From: a virus | Lineage: Duplodnaviria; Caudoviricetes | Reading direction: 5' to 3' (one strand) | IMG/VR virus record: IMGVR_UViG_3300037518_000144 | Span: 1 to 57,756 of that record | Length of the DNA: 57,756 nucleotides | In this document: piece by piece, positions 9,769 through 18,399 of the stretch | How the letters are laid out: each line of letters opens with the position of its first letter | Position numbering within the stretch: the first letter of the stretch is position 1 | Notes under the pieces: model-generated | What the model was told of the DNA's origin: nothing | The model's database searches: none | What the model saw: only the letters and a program-made list of their open reading frames with translations | Program-made: the position numbers and the translations under genes

Positions 9769-10237
9769 CTATGCGCGCTTGATCTGCTTCCACTGGATAA
9801 CGTCGCCGGATACCAGTTCGAAGGCATCAACACCTAGTCCGCACGTATGCGTGTGTAGACTTGCGACCTCAACCGCGCGTCGTGCATCGGCACCCATGGC
9901 AAGGGCGCCTAATGCAACCTCTCGGCCAGATCCCCAAGCGCCATAGGGATCCTCGCAAGCAATCGGTTCAGGCGTGCGCTCGTAAAACACAACGCCGCCG
10001 GGTGCGGCAATGACAAGCAGAGCCCAGTCATCCGTCTTCTGAAATGCCGGGAATTTATCCTTGTCGGCGCCATCGAGATACCAAGCGATGAGCCCTTGGC
10101 CCCTCGCCACGCCCGCCGCACCACGCAAACACCTTATCTTCTACGCGCCGAAGCTTGGTGCAAGTAACGGCAGTATCGCCGCAGCATGCCATCTTGTCGG
10201 CGGCGAGCGTGTGGCCATCCCAGGCTATGACAGTTAT
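9769..10237 (-). pseudogene. Ntn-hydrolase/proteasome-subunit-like phage gene, disrupted
   Basis: TVIAWDGHTLAADK and GAWGSGREVALGALAMGA are in different frames, and the expected start reads ATA. Confidence 0.7.
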
Positions 10238-10428
10238 GGCACTTCTCCAGTCTTCGGCTCCGTCCACATCGGGACATTCCTCAACCCTTCCGCATTCAGT
10301 GCGGCCCGTTCGTCTTCCGTCATGCCGCGCATGAGCGGTGCTTGCGCCAACTGCATCGCCTCAATCTCAGCCTGTGGAACCGCCAGCAAATTCCGGCTCA
10401 TGGCGGCGATGAATTCAGCGTCAGTCAT
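10234..10428 (-). CDS. Hypothetical protein
   Basis: ATGA-coupled within the operon. Confidence 0.5.
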   Translation of the reverse strand: MTDAEFIAAMSRNLLAVPQAEIEAMQLAQAPLMRGMTEDERAALNAEGLRNVPMWTEPKTGEVP

Positions 10429-10817
10429 ACGCGATATTCCTGCATATTGGTATCGTAGTCAGCGCTGCGCATGGGACCGGGCGTGAACTCGTACGTCTGC
10501 CCGGTGACCTTCTCGACATGATCGGCGAGAACCTTCAGTGCAGGCTCTATCTCAGCCTGAGTTGGCACGCGACCGCGTGAGCGAATATCCACGCCAAACT
10601 GCTGTGTGCGCTCCGTAAAGCGGCCATCTGGACCGATGAGAATATCAAACCGGTGCATATAACGGCCCATGTCATAAGCGAACACATGTCGAACTTTCGC
10701 CGATTTTGCTACTAACGATAGCAATTCATCTGCCGCCGCTGCGGATTTTAGTTGCAATCCACTGGCGGTTACCGCACAGAGCGAACTCAGTCCGGCAAGG
10801 AAGTCTCGGCGGTTCAC
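10425..10817 (-). CDS. Protein with twin-arginine (Tat)-like signal
   Basis: MNRRDFLAGLSSLCAVTA matches the RRxFL consensus followed by a hydrophobic stretch. Confidence 0.65.
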   Translation of the reverse strand: MNRRDFLAGLSSLCAVTASGLQLKSAAAADELLSLVAKSAKVRHVFAYDMGRYMHRFDILIGPDGRFTERTQQFGVDIRSRGRVPTQAEIEPALKVLADHVEKVTGQTYEFTPGPMRSADYDTNMQEYRV

Positions 10818-11179
10818 GCCTTCCGGCTCCGCTTCTCGCGCTCCAAGGCCGCGCCGAAGTCCTCACGCATCATCTCGTTGCGCTCTTCCTTCGTCAGTGG
10901 CTCGGCGCTCTCTACGCCCATCTCCTGCAGCTGAATCTCGACGTTGCGGCTGTCGTTGTTTTTGCTCTCGTGCTGGCTGACTGAGGTAATGACGCCAATC
11001 GCATGGACCATGACCTTAGCCCCGACCTTCGGCAGCTTCGACACACTGAGATTGTCGAGCGACCCGTTGTCAAGCCGCAGCGTCAATCCGTACGGATACT
11101 CCGGACTATCCATACCAACAGCCGTCGGGATTGAGTCCTTCTTCTGTTCCTTGGACATTTTCATACTGGCCATCTTCAC
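10814..11179 (-). CDS. Capsid staple protein (epsilon15 gp10-like)
   Basis: YPYGLTLRL..LPKVG..VEIQLQEM pattern, recalled from this family. Confidence 0.65.
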   Translation of the reverse strand: MKMASMKMSKEQKKDSIPTAVGMDSPEYPYGLTLRLDNGSLDNLSVSKLPKVGAKVMVHAIGVITSVSQHESKNNDSRNVEIQLQEMGVESAEPLTKEERNEMMREDFGAALEREKRSRKA

Positions 11180-11284
11180 GATTTACGCCCTCTCTTCTCT
11201 GCCTCTAGCCGTTCGTCGAACTCCTTGCGTCGCTGCTTTCGTTGCTCGGCGGGAGTCATGGGTTTCGGAGCTGGTGGGGGTTGG

Positions 11285-11533
11285 TTAGGTTTCATCGTCG
11301 TTCTCTACTGGCTCAACCTTCGCCTCTAGTACCTCGGCCTTCGGCAAGGTGTTGTCGATGACTTTGATGCGAAACAGGCCCGGAATGCCGCTCTCGTCAG
11401 AAACATCCTCAAGTTTGAGTGCACCCATGCTTAGCATCCCCGATACCAACCTATCGAATATCAGTTCGAAGGATTCATGCACTACGCGCTGACTCATTCG
11501 TCGCGTCTCCGCCCGACTTCTTCCAAGCCCCAC
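11285..11533 (-). CDS. Hypothetical protein
   Basis: Tiled ORF. Start probably at the internal Met (MSQRVV). Confidence 0.45.
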   Translation of the reverse strand: MGLGRSRAETRRMSQRVVHESFELIFDRLVSGMLSMGALKLEDVSDESGIPGLFRIKVIDNTLPKAEVLEAKVEPVENDDET

Positions 11534-11781
11534 CAGACCGCCCGCATCTGTCCTTCGAGCATCGCAACATACAGGCTAATCGCCGCCTTGATGGCACGAT
11601 CGGTACACTCAAAACGCTCCTTATCTCTCCTGAATCGCGAGTCGTCCTCTCGTATTTGTCGCTCGGCGTTGCGAATCCACTCCATGCATTCGGCGCGCTC
11701 GGCGTCGGTCATGGGCTCATTCATCGTGGTATTCCACGGCCCTCGCCAATGAGCCAGATACGCCACCGAGCGCGTACCCAA
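11494..11781 (-). CDS. Hypothetical protein
   Basis: Tiled ORF. Start uncertain. Confidence 0.4.
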   Translation of the reverse strand: MGTRSVAYLAHWRGPWNTTMNEPMTDAERAECMEWIRNAERQIREDDSRFRRDKERFECTDRAIKAAISLYVAMLEGQMRAVWWGLEEVGRRRDE

Positions 11782-11850
11782 GGATCACCGCCGGGATCAG
11801 CCAAGACGCCGCCACGACCCCGAGCACAAGAAGGACAACTTGCCACCGGT

Positions 11851-12219
11851 TCATCGCGAACCCCTGAACGGATGCACCCTCAGTCGAATTGATGCGCCAT
11901 ACTCGCCGCGGTCACTGACCCGCGCGCTCTCCTGGTAGAACACCGAGAAGTCGAGTTTCACTACGTGAATATCGATCTCGTACCCAAGCGAGCCGCGAAC
12001 GTACGGGTTGAACACATCCCGCTCGATGCTGTCGATCTCGCGAATCATGTTCCGCTGCAAGAACGGCTCATTGCCATTCGCTGGCATGACATAAAGCGAT
12101 TCCCCGTAGAACTGCTCCGTGTACGGGCGCCCTCGGTCTTTGATGAAGTCAGCGCTGGTGTCCAGGTACAGACCCGACCAGCTGAAACAGGCAATCAGTG
12201 CGGTGATCGTGCATTCCAT
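11851..12219 (-). CDS. Putative membrane/exported beta-rich moron protein
   Basis: Hydrophobic N-terminus and amphipathic beta strands. Follows the RHH gene. Confidence 0.5.
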   Translation of the reverse strand: MECTITALIACFSWSGLYLDTSADFIKDRGRPYTEQFYGESLYVMPANGNEPFLQRNMIREIDSIERDVFNPYVRGSLGYEIDIHVVKLDFSVFYQESARVSDRGEYGASIRLRVHPFRGSR

Positions 12220-12221
12220 AA

Positions 12222-12356
12222 TCAGGACCCTTGCTTTGCGAGGTACTCAACGGCCGCACGCCGCAATATCTCCGCAACTGGAACTCCAGTCCGTTTCGAC
12301 AGCGCCTTGAGTTGTTTCAGCAGCTTTTCCGGAAAGTGTACGTTCGTGCGTATCAT
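12222..12356 (-). CDS. Ribbon-helix-helix (Arc/CopG-like) regulator, 44 aa
   Basis: MIRTNVHFPEKLLKQLKALSKRTGVPVAEILRRAAVEYL. Below the ORF-track size cutoff. Confidence 0.8.
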   Translation of the reverse strand: MIRTNVHFPEKLLKQLKALSKRTGVPVAEILRRAAVEYLAKQGS

Positions 12357-12364
12357 GCTAGATC

Positions 12365-12393
12365 ATGCTACACACTTATACACACCGCCGCAA
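12365..12393 (-). promoter_or_regulatory. sigma70-like promoter with GTGTGTA direct repeats
   Basis: TTGCGG-17 bp-TAGCAT, with GTGTGTA repeated across the spacer and -10. Confidence 0.55.
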
Positions 12394-12407
12394 TCCCGCA
12401 CCGCAAT

Positions 12408-14501
12408 CTACACCCTAGCTTGAATCCTCTGCATCTCCCTCGGTTGCGACAGTTCATTCCCTTGCATGTACTTCATCAGCTGCAACCTTCCGGTCCTTGG
12501 GTCAACACTAATTTCTCCGGCCAGCTGCATGTTCTGCAACTGCTGAAAGATCGTCTCAGCAATTAGCTTCTGCAGCTCCTGCGGCTTCATCTTGGCATCA
12601 ATGGAAGCTGTCGCAGTATTGACCTGCGTCTGCTGTGCCTGTGCTTGTGCTCGCGCCGCCTCCGCGTTGAGCTTGCTTGCCAGCGCTTCTTGCATTGGAT
12701 CAGGGGGTGGCGGTTCCTGCGGCTGCATCGCCTTCTCTTCGTCTGTCATCTGATCTGGCGGGATAACGCCTTGCTGAATCAGCGGGATTCGCAGGCGTCG
12801 CTCCAACTCATCGGCGCCCTTGAAGTCGAGCGACTTGGCAATGAGGTCGGAAGCCATGTTCTTAACGGCCTCAGAAGTCGAGGCGAACTTGAGCAGATAG
12901 TCAGCGGCCTGCTGACGCTGCGTCGTGTAGGCAGGGCCGACATCCACGGCCACGTCATACCGACCTTGCGACAGATCGTTGATCAGCTTGCCGTCCTGCC
13001 CGCGCTGGTTGATGTTCTCGAACGCCTCTTTGCCGTCGATGCCCAGGATGCGGACAACGCGCTCGCCGTCGTAAACCTTCGGGATCATGTCCACTAGAAT
13101 CTCACCGGTGTACTTGATCGATTCGGCAAGGTTATCGATAAACTCATACGAGCTGACATCGCCCTCGGTATTACGCTGCCTGATTGCGCCCGGCAGTTCA
13201 TTCGCCTGCGGCTCGCCCAAACTAGGCCCAAACTTACCCGTGCTCGCCTTGATGTCATCCGCCGCCTGCTGCGACAACGCAATCAACGCGTTGGGAATAT
13301 CCGGCATCGCCTCGCGCGATGGCTTGCCACCACCGGGAAGATCCTTGACCGCGTTGTAGTAGAGGAACAGCGGGTTTTTAGCGTTCGCCTCCCGCCACGA
13401 ATTCTCGTAGCCCTTGACCTGAGCTGGCGTCACCATGTACGGCGAGCGCGGCACCATCGCGACGGCTTCAATCTCCGCCGTCCGCGCGCCGTTGTAGGCT
13501 TTCTGCGGGTCTTTCGCCTTCCGAACTAGCCCGCGGTACTTGCGTTTGCCCTCGATGTTCGTGACGCGCCCGTAGATCGGTACGATGGGAATGTACTTCC
13601 ATTCGTAATCGATCGGGCCATCAATGATTCCGGCGCCAGATAGCTTCCACCAGCGCACGTACGTCGTGTCTGCCTCACGCTTCTTCAGCACGCGAATCGG
13701 CTTGATGCCAGATCCAGGCGGAGGGTCTCTGAGCTCCTGCTCAATGACCTTGATTGTGTCGTAATCGATTACGCGGCCATCGTCTAGCAGCGCCAGCGTC
13801 TTCTTTCGGCGCATGCGCTTGTAGTACTCGGCGACACGCACCTCCTTGTCATTGATCCAATCGTGGTCGTGCTGCGCCAGATCTAAATCCGAGCCCTGAA
13901 TATCCTTGTATTGTGCATCGTGCAAATCCTTGGAGATGCGCTCGGTAACAAGCGCCCACTCGGCATCTCGCTTCAGGTAGTCCTTGGCTGAAGGATCGAA
14001 GTGAACCGTGAACGGATTCTCTATGCGACCGATACACAGCTCCTGGTCGAAACTGTCATCGACGTACTTTGGATACACGCGCCACGCGCCAAATCCACCC
14101 TTCAGCGCGAAGTCAAAGCCGGTGTTGTATGCAGTCTTCGCCGATGAATTGCGCTCGATCGCTCGAATCAAGCCCTCAAAGATCTCCGCCTTCTTCCTGT
14201 CCGATTTGCTGTCGATCGGCAGAATCTTAATCTGTGGCGAGTTCTGACGCTGATCGCCCTTGACTTGGTCAATTGCAATTGAGGTGCGGTCGAAGGAATA
14301 ACACGGTCGCGAACCGCGCGCCTTGCGCACCTCGCTGTCCCACTGCGCGCCTTCCTCATCTACAAATCGAATATCCTCAAGCGCAAGCTCTCGGTTCGTC
14401 CCGTCAGCTGAAATCGAGCGGCTATAGTTATCCTTGACCTCGGCCAACAACTTAGCCGAAGTCTCTGCGTTCGTGGGGCGCGGCATGCTAGGCGTTAGCA
14501 C
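12408..14501 (-). CDS. Portal protein (P22 gp1-like)
   Basis: 697 aa with GAQW..RP, IPIVPIYG, GLVRKAKDPQKAYN and YDVAVDVGPAYTTQRQ motifs. Confidence 0.93.
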   Translation of the reverse strand: MLTPSMPRPTNAETSAKLLAEVKDNYSRSISADGTNRELALEDIRFVDEEGAQWDSEVRKARGSRPCYSFDRTSIAIDQVKGDQRQNSPQIKILPIDSKSDRKKAEIFEGLIRAIERNSSAKTAYNTGFDFALKGGFGAWRVYPKYVDDSFDQELCIGRIENPFTVHFDPSAKDYLKRDAEWALVTERISKDLHDAQYKDIQGSDLDLAQHDHDWINDKEVRVAEYYKRMRRKKTLALLDDGRVIDYDTIKVIEQELRDPPPGSGIKPIRVLKKREADTTYVRWWKLSGAGIIDGPIDYEWKYIPIVPIYGRVTNIEGKRKYRGLVRKAKDPQKAYNGARTAEIEAVAMVPRSPYMVTPAQVKGYENSWREANAKNPLFLYYNAVKDLPGGGKPSREAMPDIPNALIALSQQAADDIKASTGKFGPSLGEPQANELPGAIRQRNTEGDVSSYEFIDNLAESIKYTGEILVDMIPKVYDGERVVRILGIDGKEAFENINQRGQDGKLINDLSQGRYDVAVDVGPAYTTQRQQAADYLLKFASTSEAVKNMASDLIAKSLDFKGADELERRLRIPLIQQGVIPPDQMTDEEKAMQPQEPPPPDPMQEALASKLNAEAARAQAQAQQTQVNTATASIDAKMKPQELQKLIAETIFQQLQNMQLAGEISVDPRTGRLQLMKYMQGNELSQPREMQRIQARV

Positions 14502-14805
14502 CCATGCGGGATGGAATGCGAATTCTCACCGTATCGCCTACCTTTATTGCATTTGTCATGCGTGCAAACGAACCGTCATACCGACGAGCAACAAGCGCAT
14601 CGAATTGCATATTCTTGTGCAGCACTCTCAATGCCTCACGTGTGATCAATTCTGGCGTGAGCAGTAAATTGCCTCGCGCCCACCCGCCTGCTGGCGGCAG
14701 GAAGAATGCCTTGCTTGGCGTCCACAATTCCTCGACCAACCCAGATGGGATAACGGCTGCCGAAGTGGCAACGCCCAGCAGCGAAAGAAAGCCACGGCGG
14801 TTCAT
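14488..14805 (-). CDS. Tat-signal protein fused to a copy of the coat N-terminus
   Basis: MNRRGFLSLLG signal followed by ITREALRVLH..YD..FA..K.GDT.RIR.P, shared with the coat. Coupled to terL (ATGA) and overlaps the portal start. Confidence 0.75.
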   Translation of the reverse strand: MNRRGFLSLLGVATSAAVIPSGLVEELWTPSKAFFLPPAGGWARGNLLLTPELITREALRVLHKNMQFDALVARRYDGSFARMTNAIKVGDTVRIRIPSRMGANA

Positions 14806-16262
14806 GCGAAGTCGCTCATCGGTGCGTGAGTCTCGACGTATGGCGCGGGCTTGGTCGTGGCGAGGCTGAGGCCGGACATGATGCCGTAACGTAAAGCGTC
14901 ACATAGATGGTCGTTCGACTTCACTATTCGTCCTTTCTCATCGCGCCTATACAACCGGTATTCCGCAAAGAAGCTCTGACATGTCTTGAAGATCTTCAAC
15001 CGTCCGCCTGATAGGCGCTGCCATACCGCGTAGATACCAGACTCGACTGCGTTGTCGGCAGCAGTAAGATTCAATCCAAGATCTTGATACTGCTGCATCA
15101 GTTGCTCGCCATCCATCTGTGATCGACCCCTAGCAGCCGGGTCTATTACACCAACGATCCAATCTCCACGAGCGCGAATCGCCTCGGCATGCACGGAAGG
15201 CTCGGCCTGCCCGCGATAATGTTCGGAGTACGCGTAAACGGTCTGCGACTCGCGATCTATTGCTAACCAGATTGCTGCAGTTCTTTGCCAGCCAACGTCC
15301 AGCGCATACACCCGAGGCCAATGCTCCGGGATATCGAAGTTATCGACCGTGATATCAGACTCTGGCACCGGGAAAATGGCACCGCTCCCAAGTTGGGGAA
15401 TGCCCTTCGACCGCGCGTCACGCTGGTACGGCGGGATCGAATCCCAGAGCAAGTCCTTCTGCTGTTTTGTTAAATGTGGCGCGTCATCCCATGACGCCAT
15501 CACGACGAAGTGCTTGGCCTTCTCAACGTCACCGTCTGGCAGATAATGCAGAACGGTTTCGCTCAACCCCTCAAGGGGCGTAAACGTACACAGCATCAGT
15601 CCATTCGTCGTCATGAGACGAATGAGACATTCCGTGTAGATCCCCAGCGGGGGCTCTTCATCAAGCCAGATGCCGTCCTGCTCCGTGCCCTGGAACGCCT
15701 CGCGCTTCTGGTCGTACGACTTCAGCTGAATGACTGAAGTACCGCCCGACTTGTGCTTGACGTAGATGTGCTCGACCGCATCCGCAATGCCCTGCTTCGG
15801 CGTCGTGCGGATGATGTTCGCGGCAGGTATCAATCCTGTGCCCTGTGATGCCACGTCACCAGGAGGCCCAAGCAATTTCGCCTGGATGATGTCGCGAACG
15901 GTCTTTGCGGTATCGCCTGCTGCCCACCATTTGGTCGGCTTGCTGAATCGATGCCCAACCCACCAGGTCGGGTATTCGCCAGTCATGTGCAACACGACTT
16001 CGTACCCGCCGACGCCCTCGCTCTTGCCGACGCGATTCGCCGCCAGCATGCAGCGTTCTTTCTCAGTAGCGCCAGCAGCGAAGAACTCGCAGTGCTTAAC
16101 GTACAACTCCCGCCTCAGCGGCCCCTCGTCAGGGTAGTAGCTGTACAGCTTCTCGCGCTCAGTGAGTCGTTGGTACGCCAGGGTCAGGTCCAGCAGCTCC
16201 CTCGCTTCGGTCTCCGTCAAGGCGGCTAGATGCTGCGGCGTAAAGGCCGGTAAGGCGTTCAA
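14802..16262 (-). CDS. terL: Terminase large subunit (P22 gp2-like)
   Basis: Walker A AANRVGKS, Walker B IWLDEEP, nuclease LDVGW..DHLCDALRY. Confidence 0.95.
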   Translation of the reverse strand: MNALPAFTPQHLAALTETEARELLDLTLAYQRLTEREKLYSYYPDEGPLRRELYVKHCEFFAAGATEKERCMLAANRVGKSEGVGGYEVVLHMTGEYPTWWVGHRFSKPTKWWAAGDTAKTVRDIIQAKLLGPPGDVASQGTGLIPAANIIRTTPKQGIADAVEHIYVKHKSGGTSVIQLKSYDQKREAFQGTEQDGIWLDEEPPLGIYTECLIRLMTTNGLMLCTFTPLEGLSETVLHYLPDGDVEKAKHFVVMASWDDAPHLTKQQKDLLWDSIPPYQRDARSKGIPQLGSGAIFPVPESDITVDNFDIPEHWPRVYALDVGWQRTAAIWLAIDRESQTVYAYSEHYRGQAEPSVHAEAIRARGDWIVGVIDPAARGRSQMDGEQLMQQYQDLGLNLTAADNAVESGIYAVWQRLSGGRLKIFKTCQSFFAEYRLYRRDEKGRIVKSNDHLCDALRYGIMSGLSLATTKPAPYVETHAPMSDFA

Positions 16263-16692
16263 TCAATGCCTCTCTGCTGACGGTTTCAATCGATCCAGAA
16301 TGCGCAATGTCGAGCTTCTCCCCGTATTTCTTCGGCTTGAGCTTCGATGCAATCCATTTGCGTGTATCCACCCGCAAGCGGGAGCGGGCAATGTGTTCAC
16401 CGTTAGCGCGATAGCCGGGATTGTCGGGATCGTTGCTGGCCATCCAATCATTCGTTCCGTCATCGGATATATCCATCAGATCTTCAGCCAAGAAATCAGC
16501 AGACTCTTCCTTGCTTCGCGCGTATTGCTTAAGAAACTCCGGGTAGAGCCTCATCCATGAAAATACGGTAGTGACGGAAGGCATTGATTCTGCTTTACAA
16601 ACAGACCGTAGTGACTTGCCCTCGGCCAGCTGAGCGCAGATCTCGTCTGCGATCTCCTGTGTGTAGGAACTAGGACGACCAATATCAGCCAT
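16159..16692 (-). CDS. terS: Terminase small subunit (Sf6 gp1-like)
   Basis: GRPSSY..GKSLRSVC..SRLRVDTRKWIASKLKPKKYG. Confidence 0.9.
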   Translation of the reverse strand: MADIGRPSSYTQEIADEICAQLAEGKSLRSVCKAESMPSVTTVFSWMRLYPEFLKQYARSKEESADFLAEDLMDISDDGTNDWMASNDPDNPGYRANGEHIARSRLRVDTRKWIASKLKPKKYGEKLDIAHSGSIETVSREALIERLTGLYAAASSRLDGDRSEGAAGPDPGVPTTH

Positions 16693-16957
16693 TTATCCCA
16701 GCCTTGAATTTCGTATCTAGCCTCCATTGCGCTTTGAATCCGTGCCATCCGTGCCAAAAGATCACCAGCTGGCACCATTGTTCACTGTCGTACTCAATTA
16801 CGTAGTGATAGCCATAGCTCGGCAGCTTGAGAATGAACAGGTATGCCTCATTGCATTGTCTACGCCGCGCCTCTTCATGCCATTCTGGATACTCAATGAC
16901 GCCGAACCACATCCATCTGTCCGGACACGGGTCCATCTTGACGCGCGGAAGCAGCAT
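16685..16957 (-). CDS. Hypothetical protein
   Basis: Tiled ORF upstream of terS. Confidence 0.45.
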   Translation of the reverse strand: MLLPRVKMDPCPDRWMWFGVIEYPEWHEEARRRQCNEAYLFILKLPSYGYHYVIEYDSEQWCQLVIFWHGWHGFKAQWRLDTKFKAGING

Positions 16958-16974
16958 CAGTTAGCCACCTCGGC

Positions 16975-17160
16975 ACGTCTCCCGCTCCCAGTGGTAGACT
17001 GCGGTCGCTGGATGCGATGAGCGTGGCGGCAGTCACCGTCCCATGGCAATGCACGCTCACCGGTCAAGGCGCTGGCAATAGACGAGTTACTGGTGAATTG
17101 CCCCCAGTTGGATTCGACGCCAACTGAGTCAGTGCCGGTCGAAAGACCATCCAGCCTTTT
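16975..17160. ncRNA. Candidate multi-helix structured RNA
   Basis: Nested helices: 17007-13/17149-55, 17018-25/17052-59, 17068-73/17131-36, 17074-79/17097-102, 17105-11/17120-26, and GGTC-GAAA-GACC. Confidence 0.45.
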
Positions 17161-17342
17161 CACTGTGTCCTCGTCCCGCTCTGTGTCGTGACTACTACGC
17201 AGCGCAAGTCAATCAGCTGCTGCTTGCCCGCCAGTTCCCGGATCAGGTCCGCCACATCTATGTCGCTCGCCTGACACATCTCGGTGAGATAGTTGTAGAC
17301 CTCGTTGGCGACTGCTGTGACTTTCAGATCTTTGCCGTTCAT
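17160..17342 (-). CDS. Hypothetical protein
   Basis: TAATG coupling to the upstream gene. Confidence 0.5.
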   Translation of the reverse strand: MNGKDLKVTAVANEVYNYLTEMCQASDIDVADLIRELAGKQQLIDLRCVVVTTQSGTRTQ

Positions 17343-17704
17343 TAGGTTATTCCTTGAAGGTCGGCGATGTCGTAATCGAGAGTCTTACGGATCGGTCCAT
17401 CAGAATCGCTGGCCTCGAATACCAATTGGCGCCGCTCGACGCACAGGTTGTTGCGCATGGCGTTCTGAGCAGCCGTGATGATGACATTGACGGAAGTTGC
17501 TGGTGACAACGTGGTCCAGTCGAGCACGGCGTTGCCTTGATCGATGTCATCAATTCTGTAGCGCATTCCGCTTGGTGTCGCTGCGGCCAGGTCTGCGGTA
17601 AGCGCTCGAATCGTCACCTGGAACGCTTCGCCCTCGTTGATGCGAGGTGTTGGCGCTTGACCGATGGGCGGGCCAAGCAACTGCAAGTCCATGCGGCCAA
17701 GCAT
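17342..17704 (-). CDS. Putative virion protein
   Basis: Beta-rich, coupled within the fibre operon. Confidence 0.5.
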   Translation of the reverse strand: MLGRMDLQLLGPPIGQAPTPRINEGEAFQVTIRALTADLAAATPSGMRYRIDDIDQGNAVLDWTTLSPATSVNVIITAAQNAMRNNLCVERRQLVFEASDSDGPIRKTLDYDIADLQGIT

Positions 17705-17961
17705 CAGCGCAGCAGAACCATGTCGGTGGCCGTGGTGTTGGTTGACATGACACGATCAACACAGAGCGATAGCACCGTGCCGCCCTGAACGCCAATAAAC
17801 GTCAGCACGCTCAAATCCCCGGCCATCCTAACCGCAACGTTGCCGGTCACCCCGACATACAGAGCCCGCCCAGGCGGATCAAAGGTGGTGGTATCGGATG
17901 GAGTGACGGCCACGCCACCAGCGGCCGAACTAATCTCGCGACTTACTTTTACGTTACTCAT
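17704..17961 (-). CDS. Head spike base protein (RcGTA Rcc01079-like)
   Basis: AVTPSD..RALYVG..GNV.V..V.RV..T.TTAT signature. Confidence 0.75.
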   Translation of the reverse strand: MSNVKVSREISSAAGGVAVTPSDTTTFDPPGRALYVGVTGNVAVRMAGDLSVLTFIGVQGGTVLSLCVDRVMSTNTTATDMVLLR

Positions 17962-17967
17962 GATTCC

Positions 17968-18399
17968 TCAAGTTCCTATGCCGAGGCGAGTCGCAAGCCA
18001 GCCAAAGCCACGTGGCTCAGACACGGACGCATCTGGCCCGGTTTGGCTCGTGAACGTGTCGCTGACACCGCCAATCGTCACAATCGTATTGGTTGCAGTC
18101 AGATAACTCGCGCTGCTCGTGTGCCGCGCCTGAACCTCGTCGCCATTGACTACAGTCCCAGCATCAGCCGTGAACGCGGCGCCGTTAATGCTGTACGTGC
18201 CACCGGTGACCGTGATGTCAGCCGCGGCATCGATACCTGTAATCGTTACGGCAGCGCTGGTGATCTCAGCAGAGACATCAACGCCTGACTGATCGGTGAA
18301 GCTGAAGGCGTCTGGAGTAGTGTCAGGTTCGCTTTCCCCGGCCCACGCAGTTCCAGCCCAAGCATTTGTCGCCCAGGCGCTTGTAGCCCACGCTGGCAT
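17968..18399 (-). CDS. Putative head fibre protein (Ig-like)
   Basis: W-x4 repeated N-terminus and a DTTPDAFSF beta module. Confidence 0.55.
   Translation of the reverse strand: MPAWATSAWATNAWAGTAWAGESEPDTTPDAFSFTDQSGVDVSAEITSAAVTITGIDAAADITVTGGTYSINGAAFTADAGTVVNGDEVQARHTSSASYLTATNTIVTIGGVSDTFTSQTGPDASVSEPRGFGWLATRLGIGT

Noticed and set aside
17100-17130. T-arm-like GTCGAATCC on the minus strand as a tRNA
   Set aside because: No matching acceptor stem, D arm or anticodon arm.
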